A stretch of 64,000 nucleotides of DNA from Octopus vulgaris (lineage: Eukaryota), in contig OX597829.1 in NCBI GenBank assembly GCA_951406725.2, forward strand, positions 50,592,001 to 50,656,000, in the 5' to 3' direction. The notes beneath the pieces were generated by a model that had not been told where the DNA came from, searched no databases, and worked only from the letters and a program-made list of their open reading frames with translations. The position numbers and the translations under genes are program-made. Below are positions 1 through 12,566 of this stretch, piece after piece; positions within the stretch are counted from its first letter, which is position 1, and each line of letters opens with the position of its first letter.

Positions 1-1725
1 CCGAATAGTGATTTGATTAAGCTAATTGAAACAGAAGTATACAAATATTTTGGTGTACTAGAGTTCAATGAGATAATAGAAAAGGAAATGAAAGAGCAAC
101 TGAGGATGGAGTATTTCCAAAGACTGAGGTTGGTGATGTGCTCAAAATTGACTGGATAGAAAATCCAAGCAGTTAATATGTGGGCGATTGCACCACTTCA
201 GAACAGAGCAGGAATTATAAAATGGTAAAAGAGAGAAATGAAGAAAATGGACACCAAGACCAGAAAAATGTTAATGGCACACGGAGTCTTTCACTAAGTG
301 TGACACCAATAGGCTGTACTTGTCCAGAAAAATGAACGGAAGAGGTTTGATCAGTTGCCAGGACTGTATCGAAACAGAGGAAAACAACCCAGGGTGGTAT
401 ATAAAAAATTCCTTGGAGTCACTATTGAAACACACAGAGAAGACCATCATCATCAAAACTGAAAATTGTGTAACTAAAGAAAAATTTAAACAAGAAATAA
501 ACAAAAAGGTGCGGGAGTGGCTGTGTGGTAAGTAGCTTGCTAACCAACCACATGGTTCCGGGTTAAGTCCCACTGCGTGACATCTTGGGCAAGTGTCTTC
601 TGCTATAGCCCCGGGCCGACCAATGCCTTGTGAGTGGACTTGATAGATGGAAACTGAAAGAAGCACGTCGTATATATGTACATATGTGTGTGTTTGTGTG
701 TCTGTGTTTGTCCCCTTAGCATTGCTTGACAACCGATGCTGGTGTGTTTACATCCCTGTAACTTAGCGGTTCGGCAAAAGAGACTGATAGAATAAGTACT
801 GGGCTTACAAAGAATAAGTCCCGGGGTCGATTTGCTCAACTAAAGGCGGTGCTCCAGCATGGCCGCAGTCAAATGACTGAAACAAGTAAAAGAGTAAAGA
901 GAGAGAGTAAAAAAAAAAAGGAAAAGCATGGAAGGAAAAGAAAATGTACGGTCAGTTTGCAAGAGATGTGAATACCAAGACAGATACAGAGGTCCAGTGG
1001 CTATGGATGAGGAGGAGTGACCTGAAGATAGAAACACAGAAGCACTCATATGCGCAGCTCAGGAACAAGCATTAAGGACCAATTATATGAAGTGCAGAAT
1101 TGACAACACTACCGATAGTGACAAGGGTGGTGAGAGGGGTGAAATGGTATGGCACATCGTTAGTGAATGCCTGAAATTGGCACAGTGCAAATACAAATAA
1201 CGCCATGACAATGTGGCAAGAATGATCCATTGGGAACTCTGTGGAAATCACAACCTTCACAGAGCAAAGACGTGGTATGAGAAAACCCCAGAAGGAGTCA
1301 TCAAAAATGAGAATTGCAATATCCTGTGGGATGTAATGATCCAGTGGGGTCACCTAACCAGACATTGTTGTGGTGAATAAAAAAGAAAGAACATGTATAA
1401 TAATCGACATAGCATGCTCCGGTGACAACAGGATCGATGTGATGGAAGAAGAAAAATAAATAAATATGACGATTTGAAGTGGGAAATACGAAGGTTGTGG
1501 TTAATGAGGAGAGTACATGTGATACCAATATTAATTGGTGCACTTGGAAGTATCAGCACTCAACTACCAACATGGCGGAAAAATAGATTGGTGCGAATCT
1601 GACGAGAGAACACCTACACAAATCAGCAATGCTTGGAACTACAAGAATTCTTCACAGGATTCTTGAAACATGGCCAGTAAACAAGTGTCACCTTAGTCTG
1701 CTGGCAAAATAAGCTGTGAGTTTTC

Positions 1726-1728
<3 letters not shown>
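1..1728 (+). mobile_element. Decayed R4/Dong-like non-LTR retrotransposon, 3' half (RT thumb, CCHC region, RLE), interrupted by a SINE
   Basis: Translations across stops and frameshifts give YKYFGVLE, RLYLSRKMNGRGL, ETEALICAAQEQALRTN, HIVSEC, RHDNVARMIHW, PDIVVVNKKERTCIIIDIAC and IPILIGALG. Ends in (AAT)n. Confidence 0.85.
508..907 (+). mobile_element. tRNA-derived SINE family A (CORE-like), full length, inserted in the LINE ORF
   Basis: TGGCTGTGTGG A-box-like and GTTAAGTCC B-box-like head, CTTGGGCAAGTG core, internal (TG/TA)n and AGTAAAAG tail. Many copies in the window; the LINE reading frame resumes after it. Confidence 0.9.
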
Positions 1729-1775
<47 letters not shown>

Positions 1776-1777
<2 letters not shown>

Positions 1778-2084
1778 TGTAGGATCTCTAGGAATGATAA
1801 AAAAAAGGTACTGAAACCTATTTGAAAATGATTCCAGGCTTACAATCCCTACAGGAAGTGCAAAAAATCGTATTAACTGGAACGGTTTATGTACTGTGAA
1901 GAGCACTATCGCTGTGAAAATAACATCCATCCATGAATTTATTTATTTATTAATTTTTAAATACATATTTTATCTGAATTTGCGCTTGTAATCTGGGAAT
2001 GCATGCAATGCCCTTCTCTGCCCTAGGTATACGGAAAACACTCGGCGAGAAACGGAAGAAAATTTGGAGAAAGAAGGAAAAAAC
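1776..2084 (+). mobile_element. 5'-truncated R4/Dong-like 3' end (different subfamily)
   Basis: IVGSLGMIKK..TETYLKMIPGLQSLQEVQKIVLTGT..RALSL* followed by a 3' UTR; (AAT)n on both sides. Confidence 0.75.
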
Positions 2085-2120
2085 ATAATAATAATAATAA
2101 TGATAATAATAATAATAATA

Positions 2121-3197
<1,077 letters not shown>

Positions 3198-3506
3198 TTC
3201 TTTTCTTTGCCACCAGGGTGAAGAATGAGGGGACAAAGTGTGGGGTTTACATATAACAGAATTATAAAATAAAAAGTACACATGTTATACATTAGAAGGG
3301 AAGTATACATAGAGTATGACATTGGAAAAAGAGGGGGAAAAGGATCGTGATGGGATTTCTCTGATTCAGGAGGGTCTCTAGGGACAAACAAGGAACTCTA
3401 CCATCCAAGATCACCCTGAATACCAAGGGTGAGAGCCCACTCCAACTTCTTTCTTCTGACTCGCAGGTCTACTCTGAGAGTGGTACCATTTACCCTTGCC
3501 ATTTTC
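3198..3506 (-). mobile_element. 5'-truncated 3' end of the Tx1-like element
   Basis: Reverse complement matches about 15172-15720 without its SINE insert (e.g. GTACCACTCTCAGAGTAGACCTG, CCCTTGGTATTCAGGGTGATCTTGGATGGT, CCCTGGTGG). Confidence 0.88.
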
Positions 3507-3785
3507 CTTTAGAATTCTTACTATCCGATAACTAATTCCATGCTATTACATAACTAACTTTACGATTTGTGTATTCACAACTTATTAGGATTTTCTAAAA
3601 ACAAGATCAAGATTCTATCTAAGACAGTTTAGAATACTCTGTAAATGCACAAATTCCCTTTTTAAGGGCTACATACTTTGCATTCTTGTTATTGAAGTAG
3701 TGAAACAATTATGAGAACGAAACCAAGGGATAAGCTCCACTTTTCCAGGAATTAATTGGTACATCAGCGGGTACATATATATATA

Positions 3786-4167
3786 CTAGCAGTATCGCCC
3801 GGCGTTGCTCGGGTTTGTAAGGGAAATAACTATAAAGCATTTTTAGAGAGTTATAGCCAAAAAATAGCAAAAAAATGGGAAAAAAATTATGGTAAATTTT
3901 TTGAGAGTTAAAAAGGTCGAGTTGCGTCCCCTAGACCATCTGTGGTTTGTGTTTCTGATTGTCGACCCCATGTCGAATTTATCGATCTTTTTCAGAACTG
4001 GGGGAACTTTTCAAAATTTTCGCTGCGTTAGTTTTGAATTATGACATTGGGCTATGTGTGTGTCAAGTTCCATCAGAATCGGTTGAAAGCCGTGGTCAGG
4101 GTGAGGGTACAACCTAACAGACACACAGACACGCACACAGACAAACTGCCGTTTATATAGAGAGAGA
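3786..4167 (-). mobile_element. Non-autonomous Helitron
   Basis: On the minus strand it starts TC(TCTCTATATAAA) and ends CCCGAGCAACGCCGGGCGATACTGCTAG (subterminal hairpin plus CTAG); inserted at A|T with no TSD. Confidence 0.8.
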
Positions 4168-4285
4168 TATATATATAGTACAAAGTAAGATAGGGGTCAT
4201 TAAGGTAACTCAAATAAATAACATTAAATGGTAATATCTGTAAGTTGATGATTGAAATGAATTTGTTCCTCCATTTTCTTATTTG

Positions 4286-4333
<48 letters not shown>

Positions 4334-4474
4334 ATATATATATATGTATATGTATATATATGTATATGTATGTATATGTATATATATGTATATGTATATA
4401 TATATGTGTGTATATATATATATATATACAAACACATACATACACACATTAATACATATAGACATACATATATA

Positions 4475-5048
4475 CATATATATAAATCAGGAGAAGAACC
4501 ACACCCTATTTGTCCAATTTTGATGAAAATTGATGAGTGTGCGAGGCTCATGGCAGTGAGTTGATGTCAATATACGGCATTGACAAAAAAGTCGATAATT
4601 GCACCTGACCAGTGGTTTTATAAAATCAATAGGCATTTTTTGTGCAAATACCCATATGGATTTTATTTTGGGCCGTAATTTTTATATTTTCATGTAAATG
4701 GTCACATGGATTCTATTTTATGACAGAACCTTAACATTTTTCTTTGGATTTTGCTGAGATTGGACACGCTAATCAATTTTGTAGAGAGGGTGGCATTAAG
4801 GTGAGAGAAATAAACAAACATCACTCTTAACGGGTTGAGGTACACCCAAAAATTTGGCTGCGATTTAAGACGGTTCAGTTTGTAGGAGTATGTCGAAGGC
4901 ATTAACTGGGTAAAATCTCTACCGAACCAAATATAACATCTTAATGAATAATAGTTGGCACGGGGAATGTAGAAGATTTCAATACAAGGTCAGAGGTGGG
5001 CTTAACTTCAACATAGAAAACATGAGCAACGTCAGGTCCAACAGCTAG
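4475..5048 (+). mobile_element. Older Helitron-like element
   Basis: Ends GAGCAACGTCAGGTCCAACAGCTAG|T, resembling the other Helitron 3' ends; the 5' end is lost in (TA)n. Confidence 0.5.
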
Positions 5049-5066
5049 TATATATATTTATGTGTA

Positions 5067-5097
<31 letters not shown>

Positions 5098-5231
5098 TAA
5101 AAATGGTGAAGGCCGGTTTATCAGATTACCCTGGATTTCCTGCCCATAAAGTGTTTAGCTTTTTATATATATATATAATAAAGGCAGCTACTGGGTGCAC
5201 CACATATCAGAAGTATATATATATATACACA

Positions 5232-5405
5232 TGTTTGTGTGTTTACATCTCAGTAACTTAGCAGTTCAGCAAAAGAAGGATTGATAAGGTAAGTACTTGG
5301 CTTAAAAAAATAAGTCTCAAGATCGATTTGGTTGACTAAAATCCCTTCAAGGCAGTGCTGCAGCATGGCCACAACCAAATGACTGAAACCAGTAAAAGAA
5401 AAAAA
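5232..5405 (+). mobile_element. SINE A 3' fragment, older CCCTTCAAGG subfamily
   Basis: GTAACTTAGCAGTTCAGCAAAAG...GCATGGCCACAACCAAATGACTGAAAC. Confidence 0.75.
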
Positions 5406-5583
5406 GGAAAGAATACACACCAGAAGACCATGGAAACATTCAGGATTGAACTCAATGACTGAAAATATTACCCGAGATGGAGAATGGTGGGATTGAACCA
5501 GCAAACATACCAGTCACTGAAACAAACTTTTCCAGTGCACAGCCTACACCTGAAGCTATATGTCGTATGTCACGATAGACAAA

Positions 5584-5802
5584 GGGTGGCAAGCTGGCAG
5601 AAACGTTAGCACGCCGGGCGAAATGCTTAGGGGTATGTCGTCTGCCGTTACGTTCTCAGTTCAAATCCCATCGAGGTTGACTTTACCTTTCATCCTTTCA
5701 TCATACCAGTTATGCTGTGGGGTTGTGTATTCGACTTAATCCCTTTGTCTGTCTTTGTTTGTCCCTTCTATGTTTATCCCCCCGTGGGCAATAAAGAAAT
5801 GA
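5584..5802 (+). mobile_element. tRNA-derived SINE family B with 16-bp TSD
   Basis: Head GCTGGCAGAAACGTTAG...GTTCAAATCC and core CTTTCATCCTTT; TSD ATGTCACGATAGACAA at 5567-5582 and 5803-5818. Confidence 0.9.
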
Positions 5803-6514
5803 ATGTCACGATAGACAAGAATCTTGGGAAGATTTGAAGAGAGCTGTCTTGCATTTATTAAGTACCATAGCAAGAAAATGCGAGCGTTGGTACTTAAATT
5901 TCTCTCGAGTAAGAAGATGTAAGAAAGGAATTGTTGAACCGATGTAGCTTATGAAAGGGGGATTAAGAGAACAAGGTAGAAACAAAAGATTATAAAAGTT
6001 ACTTCTTATCTTTTTGGTCTTTTTTGTCTTCGTATGCTGAACATAGAATCCAAATGCAACCATTTTGCCCAGGAAAACAAAAAGACTAGAAAAATATATC
6101 ACAACAAAACAAAACAAAACAAAACGTATTTTTAAAACCACATAAGCTTCTTAATTCTGTTTTTTTATTACTTTCATGATGTTAAAAGATAATTAGTACC
6201 TTGTCTTTTCCATTCACAAAATCATCCCCCTTTAATTTGTGCTCAGATTATCTTCAATTTTGGTGTATCGACGCAGTTCTGAATTTTGATTTTTGCTCAA
6301 CTAATTACGTTATCTTGTGAATTAAGAATCTGATGTTATTTGGAATTAAAGTTGGGAAAATTTGGGTAATTTTAGCCAATCAACAGACAGCGAGGCATTA
6401 ACAGCTTGTTACCATGACAACCACATGTGTTGTGTTTTGCTTAGCCAGCATGTTTGTTTTAATAAAAATTTATATTTATCAATTAGAATTTCCTTGTCGC
6501 TATTTTTCCTCAAT

Positions 6515-6703
6515 AATAAATCTCTGAACGAGGTATAAACAGTAACTGCACGACATTGTGAGGTGTATTTGCCATCTCAATATGGCTAACCACTAAGGGT
6601 GGGTGTTACTGTAGCTTGTAGCCCCAGGAGACCATCGTCTCCCTCCTGGGGCTACAAGCTACAGTAACACCACCCATATTGAGATGGCAAATACACCTCA
6701 CAA
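6515..6703. repeat. TSD-flanked insertion containing a long inverted repeat (hairpin 6555-6704)
   Basis: Direct repeat TATTTTTCCTCAAT at 6501-6514 and 6704-6717; the arms ATTGTGAGGTGTATTTGCCATCTCAATATGG and GGTGTTACTGTAGCTTGTAGCCCCAGGAG are each mirrored downstream. Confidence 0.85.
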
Positions 6704-6789
6704 TATTTTTCCTCAATTGTCTTGATATTTTACATATTTTTCATATATTTTTTTTCTGTTTTTATTTTTTCTGTGTTTTTGTTTTTATC

Positions 6790-6990
6790 CACTTTCAAGC
6801 CATTTAATTGTACTACTCTGAAGGAGATTTTGAAAACAGAGGTGGGAGCAGTAAATTATTTACAAGAAAAGGGTGTTATCCCTAAAAAAAAAACACAGGT
6901 GCAGTAAATCTAAGTACAACATGGGTAAGAAAGTGGTTTGTTGGAATTTGTACTGGTGTACACTCACAATAGTTACAAAGAATGCCTGTC
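6790..6990 (+). pseudogene. Possible Merlin/IS1595-like transposase N-terminal relic
   Basis: With one frameshift in an A-run it reads LKEILKTEVGAVNYLQEKGVIPKKKHRCSKSKYNM, resembling the xxFLQxxGLLPxxxxCxxCxxxM start of Merlin transposases. No catalytic region is visible. Confidence 0.3.
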
Positions 6991-7008
6991 AGGACAGAAT
7001 GAGCCATT

Positions 7009-7434
7009 ACTCTTTACTCTCTCTTTACTCTTTTACTTGTTTCAGTCATTTGACTGTGGCCATGCTGGAGCACCACCTTTAATCGAGCAACTTGACCCCG
7101 GGACTTATTCTTTTTTTGGAAGCCCAGTACTTAGTCTATCGGTCTCTTTTGCTGAACCGCTAAGTAACGGGGACATAAACACACCAGCATCGTTTGTCAA
7201 GCAATGCTAGGGAAACAAACACAGACACACAAACACACACACGCATATATATATATATATATACATATATACGACAGGCTTCTTTCAGTTTCCGTCTACC
7301 AAATCCACTCACAAGGCTTTGGTCGACCCGAGGCTATAGTCGAAGGCACTACCCCATGGTGCCACGCAGTGGGACTGAACCCGGAACCATGTGGTTGGTA
7401 AACAAGCTACTTACCACACAGCCACTCCTGCGCC
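7009..7434 (-). mobile_element. SINE A, full length
   Basis: Reverse complement of 508-907. Confidence 0.9.
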
Positions 7435-7679
7435 ATTCTGTATTTTTAGTGAAGATGTAGGACAACATTATTAAATGTATCCTTCATTTTTTAAATGTTA
7501 GAGCATAACGCGGGGGAGATTTGGTTTTTGTTTCTAGCAAATTGAACAACCACACAGAGATTACCTCATTGGCTTATCTGATGATGTGTATAAGTAAACA
7601 AAGACTAAAGGAAATGGATCTTCATCTGTTTCCAGGATGATCATTCCACTTGTATGGTCAACTGAACTGGTTACACATC

Positions 7680-8035
7680 CAACTGGTACTTATTTTATCA
7701 ACCCCTAGAGGATGAAAGGCAAAGTCAACCTAGGTAGAATTTGAACTCAGAATGTAAAGCATTTTGTCCAGTGTGCTAATGATTCTGTCAACTTGTAGTC
7801 TTATGATTACACATTATATTAACATATAACTGGCCGAGTATACCACAGCACACACGTACCCACAACATGATCCATAAGTAGAATCAGTACAACCCAGTGT
7901 GACATGGCTAGGCCTTTTAATTACAGGTCCTGGATCTAATTATAGTGTAATTTGGTTGAGTATTCCACAGATATATGTGTGGCCTCAATGTAATTCTGGG
8001 ACAGAATCAGTGTGACACATGATGGACATAGCCAG
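7680..8035 (-). mobile_element. Degraded SINE B fragment followed by SINE C-like fragments
   Basis: GGATGAAAGGCAAAGTCAACC...ATTTGAACTCAGAA; CACGTACCC and GTGTGACA segments resemble 36270-36370. Confidence 0.55.
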
Positions 8036-10880
8036 AGTTTCAACCGAATGTTTCTCAACTATTAAGAAAAATACACCATTTGCTGAATAAATTGTGGAAA
8101 ATCACAACAAAATTAAACTAAATATCAGACGAATAATTCTATTGACAGAGAGCCGTGGGTCGCTGTGGGTCACAGGTTTCTTCAGTCCTCCTTATTGGTT
8201 ATATATTTGGTGTGAGATTAGGTTGGCTCTTTAAATTAGTTGCACTTCATTTAGCAGGGTTCCACACAGTTTCTATTTAACCAATTTTACACCTGATGCT
8301 TTGACCACCTGACAGATTAACTATTAAGTCACTCACAGATGCACTCCATCCTCTGATTGCCAGACATTCTGTGTCCCTTCTCTCTGACATTTCCACTGCT
8401 ACTATATGGCTTTTGCTCCTTGCAACTAGCTGAGATCACCTCACTTCACCTCTCAAACATTCCCATCCCACTTGCCTCATCTCTTCTCACTATCCCTCTT
8501 AAGTCCACCTCCACCCCCACCTACAAGTCCTCACATTTATCACTATGCTCAGTCTTTCCTCCCCAAAATGGCTTCCCTCGGGAAATCCCTCCCTGCTCAT
8601 ATCTTTCCCACAAATGTTGGTTTACAAAGGTTCACAAGGAACATCAGTACAGACCATTCTTAGTTATAACATAGTCCAGCATGTACCAGTGACCAGATTA
8701 GGGGTGCTTCCATGTGCTTTTGTATTTATCTTCCTGCCTAAACACTGTAGTTGTTGCAGTTCCATTCCCATTCATCTAGAGGCCATATAATGGTAGAAGA
8801 AGCCTCACTGTCTGGCAGAAGTCAAATGCCACTGAAAGAGAAGATTATTGGTCAGTACCAGTTCATCCCATATGACTGGGGCAGACCACTGGTTCAGTGA
8901 CCAAGTGTATAGAGCTGAAGGTTATGCAGAACTATTGCAAGCCTTACTACCCTACAAGACTCCTTTGAAATGCTTGACATAGGAGCCCTCAAAGCTAAAC
9001 ATCAGCAGAAGAAATCAATGCTGTGAGCAAGCAATTAATGTCATGAAAGAACTACATGCCACATACAAGAACAAAGCCAACCTGCCATTGTGTTCCATTC
9101 TTTCTATTAGACTTGCTGCAACTTGACTATTGTCTAATCTAACTTTATATGACTTACCGTCTTTTCATTGTTCTGGAATGAAGAATAGAAGAATACAGTT
9201 CTTTTAACAGTTATGGATTATAAGTTTTGGATCTTTTTTCCCTTTTTTGTTTATTATTCTATCAGGGTTCTAGTTTATGGAAATCCACTCGAATGCAACT
9301 GTAAAAATTTCATAGTTAGTCATGGGTGAACTTTTTTGATCAAATACAAAAAAAGAAAAAAATCCCCATTGATTTTCATTGTCTTCCAGCAAAAACTCAT
9401 CAGAATATGATACAGGATTATGGAGTTACAAAAAAGTTGTATCCCTAGTGCACACAGCATGGTGAGATTCCATGACCAGGTTTTGGGTAGATGTTCTGCT
9501 TGCTATGGGCAATCCTTCTGATCCATTGTCATCTCCTCTGTAAGGCTCAGTATCTCGAGGTCAGATTTCACAACCTTATCCATACTGATTGGCAAAGATC
9601 TCTAATAACATTTACTAAGACATTTGGAGATGATGCAATTCTATTTAGTGCATCATCTTTATGAAACAAACAATTAGTATTACATATTCCTTTGAAGAAC
9701 ACAATTAAAAGGACACAAGAACTCCATCCTACAATGTTTTACATCAACAGCTTGGACCTTGCCATTTTGCAAGTAGATTTTGTAATTCAACTCTGTGATT
9801 CAACTCTTTCATCATTTATATTGCTCATGATGCCAAATCTCCTGGACACAAGTCTAAATATGGACAAATGCCGAAGGAACTCAGATCTATAAAGATAAAT
9901 AGATAGAAATAGATTCTGCTGAATTTAGAAAGTTTATTGGATCGATCACACACACAGACACATATGAATGCATAAATGTACATATAAACTTATATATGAA
10001 TACATACATCCACATGCACGTATTAATGATGAATAGAAATACATGACAGGTATACATAATATTGAAATACGCAACTCATATTGATTCTTGTGTGAAGGAA
10101 TCAATGGCTTCATAAAGTAAACGCACGCAGACAAATACATTAACGAATCAAATTTTAAAAAAATAACATACAAAACGCTATAGAAATAATGAAGAGACGA
10201 AAGAAACAGTTAGATGATACATGTTGACTTTATTAAGTAACAGATCATTTTACAGACGCTAAACTATAAATTTCACAGGATACAACTTAAAGTTGACACC
10301 ACGTAAATACAGAAAATTTCTGTCTCAATATTGGCTAAAATATAGTTTTTTGGTGCGATGGATTTTTTCGATTTTTAAACGCCTGTAACTTTTTCGACAA
10401 ATGTTTTCTCCACAAGGTCATGACTTCACAGGAATAAGCGTGGAAAGCTGCATCAATATAACCGATTTTCAGATTTTCACTTCCTTTCAAAAAATACAGG
10501 TTTTGTGAATGAATGCACTTTTAACGACATGTGCAACGGTCACGTTTTTTACCGTCTATACATTTTAATAGAACTCCCGTCGTTACAATAACTGTTGTTA
10601 TTATTGTTCCTATTACTAAACAGAACATTGTTCCTGAATCCATTCTGTGAAGTTACGGTTACTTGATACTCCTTAAGTTGTAATAGTGTTTAAAATCCTT
10701 TTGGCATTCTAAGGCCCCGTGTTTTCACTTTTATGTTACCACCGTGTCCCGGATTGCGCCTATAATATTTTGTTTAGAAACACCCCTTGTTTTGCAGGAG
10801 ATGCGCAGCAAAATATGTTGATTTTTAACAACTTAGGGAAAAAATACAAATATTTTGCCACTTTCCTTATTTATTTAAAG

Positions 10881-12430
10881 ATGGATGATAAAGAAGTCAT
10901 CATAATGTTCCTTAATGACGCGTTCCTTGTTGGAGAAAAGACAAAATGAAGGCGTAGCGTGGAACAAACATGATGACGTCACTGAGGCGAATACATTTTC
11001 GTCTTTGAAATGCGTCAAAACATTAGGCGATTATGACGATAACAACAGCAGAAGCAACACTAGTATAAGTGGCAAATAACAACAACAACAACAGCAACAA
11101 CAATACTAACGAAGTGAAACTTAGAAACGCTATTAACATCACTGCTACCGCCACCACAACTACCTCCGCTTCAGTGGAGGTTTCTTTTGCGATTGCAACG
11201 AGAAATTTGGAAGATTTCCGATGAAGAAGATCTGAAAATGGCCAGAAAAATTGTTAAAGGGAATAGGAGAAAGGTAGCCCTAAACCCTCCATCCGACGTG
11301 GTCGAGAATATCTTAAGATGTATGGGCACATACCGCTGCATCAGAATTAAATCACGCCGAGTGAAAAATGCTTCTGAGAGCCAAATACAAAAATGCCTTG
11401 GCATTTTAGGACTGAAGAAGAAGCCAAGTGTCATTCCGCGACCACTTTGAGGAATGAAAACTTCTTAATCCCCAGCTATCGCGGCCAACAGCTTGCTAAG
11501 ATTAGGATGTTGATCATGCCACCAGAAATATCCATCACTTGGTTAGTGGCGGCCGTCGTGGCAGGTTTAGAAGGCGATGTGATAATGTTGGCGGTCAAGA
11601 AAATATCTAAACAAAACTGGTCAGGTATAGGTATGGAATGACCGTACAATGTAAGCAAGCCTACATCGACCAACTGCCCGATCTAATCGATCCCCGCATG
11701 GTACTCACCTGTCAGTGTTAGTGGAGGATAGAAGGCCATGATATCACATATGTGGGTCTGTGACTCGCTTAAAGGCTTTCCGTCCAGAAAGAAGAAAAAC
11801 CAAACTCCACTACTGCTAACACGACGGACACCACAAACGCAAAATCATGGAAACGTGCCCAAGACTCCTACACCCACACTCATACCAAGACAAAGAAGGA
11901 GTCTACCCCCGGTTGCCACGGAAAAACAAGTTTCTCCTAAACGCTCTGCCTCCCAAACCAAATTTAACTGCAATGACATGGAGAAAGAAGAGCTGACCAA
12001 ACAAAGGATCACTTGTGATAAAAGGTAGTAGGCAAATGAGGGGTAGAGTACATAGACTTGCTCCAAGAACTCAGCAGCCCAATTCACAACCATTCCAGCA
12101 AAAACAAGAACAAAAACAGCAACTTTAAAAACAGCAACATCATCAACAACAGCATAAAACCACAGAAACACAGAAACAACCAATTACAGAACATCAGAAA
12201 CAAGAATATTCATCAGATTGCAGATGAAATGTTTCCACCAATTTCACTGTTGTAAACAAGCGCAACAGTGAATTGATGGATTTTGTAAATCAAAACAAAA
12301 ACAAAACAGAGACAGAGGGAATGGAATTAGAGAATTTTATCCTCAAAACACCGAAAGACAGACTATTATTTAAAAGGTCGTCAGACGTTTATAAAACAAT
12401 ACGAGAAAAATTCCCCATGTAGTGTAGAGA
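10881..12430 (+). pseudogene. ORF1 (gag-like) relic of the Tx1-like element
   Basis: Fragments MDDKEVIIMF, DEEDLKMARKIVKG and ITWLVAAVVAG; degenerate knuckle RRP*YHICGSVTRLKAFRP near 11730-11790; low-complexity N/Q/T-rich C-terminus; multiple stops. Confidence 0.6.
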
Positions 12431-12566
12431 TTTTTAATAAATAATTCAGTTGATAAAAGGCTTTCGGAAGAGCCTTTAAAAAAATCGTCAATAGAGAGGC
12501 TCGGAATTTCTGAGCTTCTCGAAAATCAAAGTGAGTAACTTCCTCTTTTTCTTTCTCCGACTAGCA

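Noticed and set aside
271-839. Recurrent small ORFs (MSSNARGTNTDTQ..., CPRCHAVGLNPEPCGW) as a gene family
   Set aside because: Antisense readings of SINE A copies.
8340-9180. Possible old CR1/L2-like remnant or exon
   Set aside because: No diagnostic motif is readable and the frames are interrupted; it cannot be supported without a search.
10975-10982. TGACGTCA CRE site (also near 18358)
   Set aside because: Falls within homologous Tx1 ORF1 coding relics (DV codons); no independent regulatory evidence.
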